Shown here one piece after another: positions 58,582 through 64,000 of a stretch of 64,000 bases of DNA. The DNA is from an uncultured virus (IMG/VR IMGVR_UViG_3300031951_021468) (Duplodnaviria; Heunggongvirae; Uroviricota; Caudoviricetes), in the IMG/VR virus record IMGVR_UViG_3300031951_021468; one strand, given 5' to 3'. Position 1 is the stretch's first letter; every line of letters starts with the position of its first letter. The notes below the pieces were generated by a model, which saw nothing but the letters and a program-made list of their open reading frames with translations, had not been told where the DNA came from and searched no databases. The translations under genes and the position numbers were made by a program.

Positions 58582-58908
58582 TTACCAATCGGAATAATTA
58601 TCTCCCATAATAGACCAAATTTTTTCATTCTTTTCTTCTTCGGTCACAACATAAAGCGTGCCGTCTTCATTTCTGATTCTTGAATCTCCAGCTAGAGCAC
58701 CTGGGATCGACAAATAAACATCGCCGCAAATTTCATTTGCAGTATATAAGCCTTGCTGTACATGGTATACCTCAAAAGGTGCCGATGGGTCCTCTTTGCG
58801 CTTTTTGTGCATATCCCAAAACGAAATACCTTCCCAATATTTTTTGGACTCAGCGTTTAATTTATTAGCCTCTTCTACAGCCTCTTTGTATGTTGTCAGG
58901 TTTTTCAT
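58582..58908 (-). CDS. Hypothetical protein
   Basis: 108-aa ORF, CGTATTATAAT box upstream. Confidence 0.6.
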   Translation of the reverse strand: MKNLTTYKEAVEEANKLNAESKKYWEGISFWDMHKKRKEDPSAPFEVYHVQQGLYTANEICGDVYLSIPGALAGDSRIRNEDGTLYVVTEEEKNEKIWSIMGDNYSDW

Positions 58909-58951
58909 CTTATTATAATACGAATGCGAAGACGCAAAAGTTTTTATATTT

Positions 58952-59245
58952 TCACAAAATCAAAGTTCCATTCTCAAAATACACAATCAAAAGCGCATTG
59001 TAGACTGCCAGGGCTATGTTCCCATCAGCATTATAAATCATATCAGCTACGTCTTGAGGGTTGAAATCCAAAGATAACATTCTTGAAATTACAGATGGTC
59101 TTTCTTCTTGCCGTGTCGTGGTATTAAGCCAGCTATCAACGATCACATTAATTGACCCCGTGCCCATTTCAAATCTTACTTCTTTGGCTTCATGGTGTGA
59201 TACAGTGACCCCAGTGTCCAAAACAAGATCATCTAAAATATGCAT
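58952..59245 (-). CDS. Hypothetical protein
   Basis: TAATG coupling to the thioredoxin gene. Confidence 0.6.
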   Translation of the reverse strand: MHILDDLVLDTGVTVSHHEAKEVRFEMGTGSINVIVDSWLNTTTRQEERPSVISRMLSLDFNPQDVADMIYNADGNIALAVYNALLIVYFENGTLIL

Positions 59246-59556
59246 TATTTTAACATCTCCAATATTTTGTCTTTTGAAATTAAGCCGCTTACTTGATGTT
59301 GGATTCCACCATTGCGATAAATAATGATGGTGGGCATACCCCGAATGCCAAGGCTATCCGCGATTTCATAAAATTCGTCTACATCAATTTTGAAAATCGC
59401 CGCATTATCACCAAGTTCTTCTCCGATTATGTCAATGATCGGAGAAAGCGCTTTGCAAGGACCACACCATTCAGCATAAAAATCAAACAGCACTGGTTTT
59501 TCGTAAGAAACTTTTTCAATTAAGTTTGTAAATTGATCTTTAGATTTGATATTCAT
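59245..59556 (-). CDS. trxA: Thioredoxin
   Basis: DFYAEWCGPCK, KIDVD, IRGMPT. Confidence 0.95.
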   Translation of the reverse strand: MNIKSKDQFTNLIEKVSYEKPVLFDFYAEWCGPCKALSPIIDIIGEELGDNAAIFKIDVDEFYEIADSLGIRGMPTIIIYRNGGIQHQVSGLISKDKILEMLK

Positions 59557-59570
59557 AGTTTTCCTTGTAA

Positions 59571-60437
59571 TTAAGATAATTCTTGATCTTTAGAAAGTGG
59601 TATTTGCGGATTTGTATCTTGAAGTATTTTAAAACTTTTCACAAACATATTTTTAACATTTTCTATCCTGGGCGAATACATTTGAACAAAATAATTTTTT
59701 TGATTGTCCGTGAGACTTGGGTCATCTAAGGAAGCTTTCATAAAATCAACTTCAGCGCACAATTGATCCCACGCACTGTAAAAATTACCCAGAACATTTG
59801 TTGTATATGGGTTCGCCCAAATAGCCCCAGGTGCCGCAGCGGAGTCAATTGGTTTTGGTCGAACTGATGAAGCCAGGATGGTCTCAACTGCGGCAACATT
59901 TTCAACATCCGTGATGTCCCAAACCACCAGCACAGCACCCCATGCCCTATTGAACGTGGCCGTAACTTCATACACACCCGTGCTTTCTGCCCCATCCCAG
60001 TCGGTTCTTTCTATAACACCAGAATTCGTCCTTGATATTCTGACCGTGCCGTCAGCACTAATCACTTGATAGCTAACAAAAGTTTCAAGACCAGAAAAAG
60101 CAGAACCAAAACTAACGACTAATGGCTGTTGATAGTTATAGGATGAAAGGTTTGATGGCGCGGCGGTGTTGACTACTTCTTCAGCGACAACGCCATCAAG
60201 GTCATCAACATCCCATATAATTCTAACTAATCCCCAATCAGAATTCAAAGTTATTACAGCTTTGTATATCCCTGTTGTGGCATTACCCAATGCGTCAAGG
60301 ATTTCTTCAACACCAGATGTTGTTCTTGAAATTCTAACGACATCATCAGCGGAAACAACCCTGAAGCCTACATTGGGGGTTAGGCCTGATTTAGATGATC
60401 CCAGAGATGCTGATATTGGGTAGTTAAAAGTAGGCAT
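59571..60437 (-). CDS. Putative virion structural protein with internal domain duplication
   Basis: Two copies of SA.D..VRISRT.SGV.E....G...TG.Y......WG.V...WD. Confidence 0.65.
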   Translation of the reverse strand: MPTFNYPISASLGSSKSGLTPNVGFRVVSADDVVRISRTTSGVEEILDALGNATTGIYKAVITLNSDWGLVRIIWDVDDLDGVVAEEVVNTAAPSNLSSYNYQQPLVVSFGSAFSGLETFVSYQVISADGTVRISRTNSGVIERTDWDGAESTGVYEVTATFNRAWGAVLVVWDITDVENVAAVETILASSVRPKPIDSAAAPGAIWANPYTTNVLGNFYSAWDQLCAEVDFMKASLDDPSLTDNQKNYFVQMYSPRIENVKNMFVKSFKILQDTNPQIPLSKDQELS

Positions 60438-60443
60438 AATATT

Positions 60444-62639
60444 TTACATAATTTTTGTCAAATCAACAACTTGGGCTTTCGCAATATGCCCCTCTGTGCT
60501 AACATGTGTTCCGTCTGTCATATTTGTTGATATGATTGCATATTGAGCACTTGCGGACGGCGCGGGAGAAAATGATGTATTAGTTGTTAACTGCGTTGCT
60601 GAGTTAAACTGAATGCATCTTACCTGCCCAACTGCCGCAGGGGTGGAAGAGTCTGCCGTAATCATCATGCAATATCCTCTCCATTGATCTTGGGTCCAAG
60701 ATTGAGTTGAGTCTGTAATAACTGTTGATGTCGCTGCCGTGACGTTTCTTGACGGAACATGAATTGTCGTCAAGGGCTTGACCCAACCTCCATTTAAAAG
60801 ATTATTACCGTTCGCATCAACCTCAACAGCAGATGCTGTATCCCAGTGATCGGCCAAACCACTTAATCCATTGCCAGAATGACATAAACCAGCCATTTTA
60901 GTGAAAGTTATTCGTACATCTGATCCATCAGCAGGAGCCGATGTAAAGGTGATACCACTTGCATAATTTATTCCATTTACCGTAAAGGTTTGATAGTATG
61001 TATAGTTTGAAGTAAAGGCCTGTTCGGCACCATTTACAGTAACACTTTCGGTGCCTTGGATAAATGGATGAGATGTCGCAAAGGAAACAATAGTTCCTGT
61101 ACTGCCACCATAAAAATTATAACCTGGTCCTTGGCTGCCCGCATAAATTCTAAAGGGGGCCTCATTTGTAATCACGGTTTGTCCCGTGTTTGAAATAATC
61201 CAATTATTGATAGCTCTTCTTGCGCCTTCAGATACTGCGGTCACGGTTTGCCCCGATATGGTTTGCCATCCGTTAGCAGGAGACTGAGAAGTTCTTGGGT
61301 CCAAAGTGGTTTGTATGAATTTCTTTCCCTGATCAGTAAATCGCTTACCAATAATCCAAATATTACCGCAAACCTGCGCCGATCCATTAGAAAGATCATT
61401 AGTGCCATAATTGGAAACAACCGTAGTACAAAGTGACGCTAACTGTGTGCGCTTCATTCCTGCGGGTCCTGCAAATTGTGATGCGGATTCGCTCCCCTGC
61501 GCAACCATGACATGTCCAAAATTTGGAACAATATTTGCATCATAAGCTCTGCTTAATTGTCCTGTTATTGCCCTTACTATAAATCCGCCGCGCTGCCAGC
61601 CAAATCCATTATCGCCAGCGGCTGACATGATTGAATCACCGATAAGGCCCACGCTCTTCTTCAGTTCACCATCTGCAGCAATGGCCAAGACCGCGGTGGG
61701 GCCAAATTTATTTCCAGCTCCTTGAGCTGTAACAGCTCTGCCGTCGGGGGTCCAGTTTACACCATTAGTAAATCCTTCTCCATTATTAGCGCTACCAGCA
61801 CCTGTGCCGCCTAAAACACCACTTCCGACTGGGTAATAAGATGGACCACCACCCTCTACCTGCTCAATGTTTTGTGCCGTGGCACTCGGCAAGCCGCGAG
61901 TTACAGTGAAGTTTGTTCCAAATGGAACCGTACCTGACCCTGCATCATATTGAGGAGTTGTGGCACCAACATAACTCATCCAAACACGATAGCCAATAGC
62001 GCCAGCAACGGCAGTTGGCGAGGTTACTACAAAGTTCTGACCCGAACTTGCAATGGAAGCAGAAGTTGTTGCCGACGCAAGACTTTCAATTCCATCAGGA
62101 TAAACATAAGTTATAGAAAAATGACAAGTATTGCCTGAGGAAAAGGCACTCCCTGAGCCACTAACGTTTACTGTGGGGGCAGGGGGAGCAGCAGGGAGGG
62201 CATTGTTGGGAGATGATTTAACATAAAATCTTTGACCAGCTGGAACCCCTATATAAACGGGGTCAGAAATGGCAATTTTGCCACGGCCCAGCCAAATATA
62301 ACTCTTGCCACCAAAGGTAACAGGAATTGTTGGATCGCCAGCGACTTCATTGACCGTGGTGACTCTTGGTTGAACAGTAGCGGTGATGCAGATTGGGTTT
62401 GTGTTCGGGGTTTCTCCAGTGCCGCCCGTATACCAGTTAGCATACACAAGTCTTACAGCGACTATATCAAACGGAGGGACAACTTCAATTCTTCCTGTTT
62501 CTGTAAAAAAAGAAGATGAGGAAATTCTAGCAGACGGACGAATCGGGTTATTAGAAATAACACTCCATGAGCCAGCTTTTAAAGCTGCATTGAGCCCATT
62601 GATATCTGTGATTTGAGAAGGTACGTAGTTTGCGCCCAT
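60444..62639 (-). CDS. Tail fibre/spike-like protein with SGNH hydrolase domain
   Basis: G/S/T-rich beta protein; IGDSI, YGTND, DGTH catalytic blocks. Confidence 0.7.
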   Translation of the reverse strand: MGANYVPSQITDINGLNAALKAGSWSVISNNPIRPSARISSSSFFTETGRIEVVPPFDIVAVRLVYANWYTGGTGETPNTNPICITATVQPRVTTVNEVAGDPTIPVTFGGKSYIWLGRGKIAISDPVYIGVPAGQRFYVKSSPNNALPAAPPAPTVNVSGSGSAFSSGNTCHFSITYVYPDGIESLASATTSASIASSGQNFVVTSPTAVAGAIGYRVWMSYVGATTPQYDAGSGTVPFGTNFTVTRGLPSATAQNIEQVEGGGPSYYPVGSGVLGGTGAGSANNGEGFTNGVNWTPDGRAVTAQGAGNKFGPTAVLAIAADGELKKSVGLIGDSIMSAAGDNGFGWQRGGFIVRAITGQLSRAYDANIVPNFGHVMVAQGSESASQFAGPAGMKRTQLASLCTTVVSNYGTNDLSNGSAQVCGNIWIIGKRFTDQGKKFIQTTLDPRTSQSPANGWQTISGQTVTAVSEGARRAINNWIISNTGQTVITNEAPFRIYAGSQGPGYNFYGGSTGTIVSFATSHPFIQGTESVTVNGAEQAFTSNYTYYQTFTVNGINYASGITFTSAPADGSDVRITFTKMAGLCHSGNGLSGLADHWDTASAVEVDANGNNLLNGGWVKPLTTIHVPSRNVTAATSTVITDSTQSWTQDQWRGYCMMITADSSTPAAVGQVRCIQFNSATQLTTNTSFSPAPSASAQYAIISTNMTDGTHVSTEGHIAKAQVVDLTKIM

Positions 62640-62697
62640 GACACCTTTTGAATTCAATTACGATAGCACCACGCCCTCTAAATGATTGCGTATATAT

Positions 62698-63357
62698 TTA
62701 AATTGAATTATTTTTAAGCCAATCTTCAAGCGCAGTAACACGAAGGGTATGCTCTGGCCGCAACATTACAGGTCCAATAAATTCATCTATTCTTGGGTTA
62801 TCAACAAGGTCTTTAGCAAACTTAAAAGCCTCGCCAAAACTATAAAAATCCGAATATAGCCTCTTGGGTCGCCTCGCCGTGTGCCCCATCTTGTTGACAC
62901 TCACGCGCCAGGCCTGATTTTCACTATTATAGACCACTCTTGTTGTTTCAAGCAATAATTTAATGTTCTGGGACGCCTCGCCATAAAAATGCGACTTATC
63001 CCCAAGAAAGTAATTACAATCAAAGCACATAGTGTGTGAGTTTGCAAGATTGTCTTGTCCGCCTTGGTTTAGCGGAGTTACGTGATCGTGTGTGAATAAC
63101 AACCCGTCAGGCCCCATTAAATTTAAATGAGCCTTATCCTCACTTGTGTAAGTCAATACCCAATGTGTTGCCTGCGCTTCGCAGAGTGGGCACATCACTC
63201 CCGTTTCTTTAAATGTTCGAAGTCTTAAAGAATTGCCCTTAACTGAAACAACATCGCCCTTTACTGAAGTCACCAAGATTGTTTGTGATCCAATTTGAGC
63301 AAGAACCTTCTCAATAGTGTCAGACACCAAAACATCAAATTGTTTGAACTTTTTCAT
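62698..63357 (-). CDS. HNH endonuclease
   Basis: CPLC...THDHVTPLNQGGQDNLAN...MCFDCN; start MKKFK downstream of the tRNA-like RNA. Confidence 0.75.
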   Translation of the reverse strand: MKKFKQFDVLVSDTIEKVLAQIGSQTILVTSVKGDVVSVKGNSLRLRTFKETGVMCPLCEAQATHWVLTYTSEDKAHLNLMGPDGLLFTHDHVTPLNQGGQDNLANSHTMCFDCNYFLGDKSHFYGEASQNIKLLLETTRVVYNSENQAWRVSVNKMGHTARRPKRLYSDFYSFGEAFKFAKDLVDNPRIDEFIGPVMLRPEHTLRVTALEDWLKNNSI

Positions 63358-63395
63358 AATGGCTTTTCGAATAAATAGGTTTAAATGTTTAAAAC

Positions 63396-63464
63396 TGGTG
63401 CCGTCGGCGGATTCGAACCACGTCTCCCTGTGCACTGGCGCTCTGCCTCTGAGCTACGAACGGC
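63396..63464 (-). ncRNA. tRNA-like RNA with collapsed anticodon arm
   Basis: TAGCTCAGAGGCAGAGC D arm, GG-TTCGAAT-CC T arm, ACCA end; no canonical 5-bp/7-nt anticodon arm. Confidence 0.65.
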
Positions 63465-63469
63465 AAAAT

Positions 63470-63552
63470 TGGTGCCCCGTCCTGGTCATTCTCCAGGTGC
63501 TGTATTATCAGTAAGCTCCTCAACAACATCGCTGTCTTCGAGGTAACGGGGC
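63470..63552 (-). ncRNA. Atypical tRNA-like RNA (CTGATAA loop, Ile-GAT-like)
   Basis: Perfect GCCCCGT/ACGGGGC acceptor + ACCA; CCTGG-AGAATGA-CCAGG T arm; extended D arm. Confidence 0.6.
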
Positions 63553-63562
63553 TTTACCAATT

Positions 63563-63830
63563 ATGAGGCGCTTGGGCCTATCCATTCTTCATGGTCCGCA
63601 CGGGGAGCGCGGTGAGCATCCCTCCCTAACGGAGAGCCTCTATTCCCCAAATCTTTCCCTAGCGTGTGCCCTGGTAAATCTGGTTGTTCGTCTCTCCGAA
63701 CTGTCACGGATATTGCGCAATATGGTTTATTACACCGTTTTTGACCATTAGTTGCTTGTTGCGCTTCAAGTCCCAGTCTACAATCAGCCAACTGAGCATC
63801 CATCGTGTTTCCACGATCTGATCGGACAAC
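63563..63830 (-). ncRNA. Unidentified structured RNA candidate; boundaries approximate
   Basis: GC-rich, multiple hairpins: ATCGTG-GAAA-CACGAT, GTTCG-GAGAGA-CGAAC, CCGCGC-TCCCC-GTGCGG, CGATCAG/CTGATTG. Confidence 0.55.
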
Positions 63831-64000
63831 ATTTATATTACGTTAACCGAAAGCAAAAAGTTGCAATTAAGCAAAGCATACACTTTCGGCCAAGCCGCTA
63901 CTTTCAACTTTTTTGGCAGAAGAGGGATGCATCTCAATGACAGCCCTGTGTCTTCCAAAGTACCAAAATTCTTTTATGTTATGGGATATTCCCATTTTGT

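Noticed and set aside
10311..63435. ORF-track starts at 10311, 58111 and 63435
   Set aside because: These extensions run through tRNA or tRNA-like genes; downstream ATGs at 10401, 58042 and 63357 are more plausible.
63563..63830. RNase P RNA or tmRNA identity
   Set aside because: Lacks the GAGGAAAGTCC / AACCCGGCTTA P4 elements and has no tmRNA-like ends or tag frame.
63985..63994. Self-target for the TnpB guide (GATATTCCCA)
   Set aside because: Only 10 nt match, within a local palindrome; compatible with chance.
1..64000. Stop-codon reassignment
   Set aside because: Recognisable enzymes are full length in the standard code, and TAA, TAG and TGA all end genes at sensible positions.

Overview
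This 64 kb window looks like part of a large (jumbo-type) dsDNA bacteriophage genome read in the standard code. It has dense short ORFs, tRNAs, an endolysin, a tail-type SGNH protein and many host-like auxiliary genes (Pth2, peptide deformylase, Met aminopeptidase, RNA ligase, NUDIX, CobW-type GTPase, RlmN-like radical SAM, thioredoxin). I found no capsid, terminase or replication core genes in it. Main highlights: (1) two tandem covarying small RNA hairpins in front of a 697-aa helical+TerD-like protein, a candidate Ro/Y-RNA-like RNP; (2) two recurring peptide tags (N-terminal MWYxxA, and a ~30-aa helical LDxxGxxxEAD...[KR]xA motif) on 16 otherwise diverse proteins, suggesting a capsid-cargo addressing and maturation system; (3) a 1409-aa protein with 8 near-identical 66-aa repeats that vary at fixed positions, fused to an SF2 helicase and an Rrp8-like methyltransferase, plus a repeat-only paralogue with the same promoter; (4) a ~1 kb GOLLD-like RNA with an embedded tRNA-like element; (5) a terminal cluster of two atypical tRNA-like RNAs and an unidentified structured RNA; (6) an intact TnpB element. 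All family calls come from motif recognition by eye; no searches were run.
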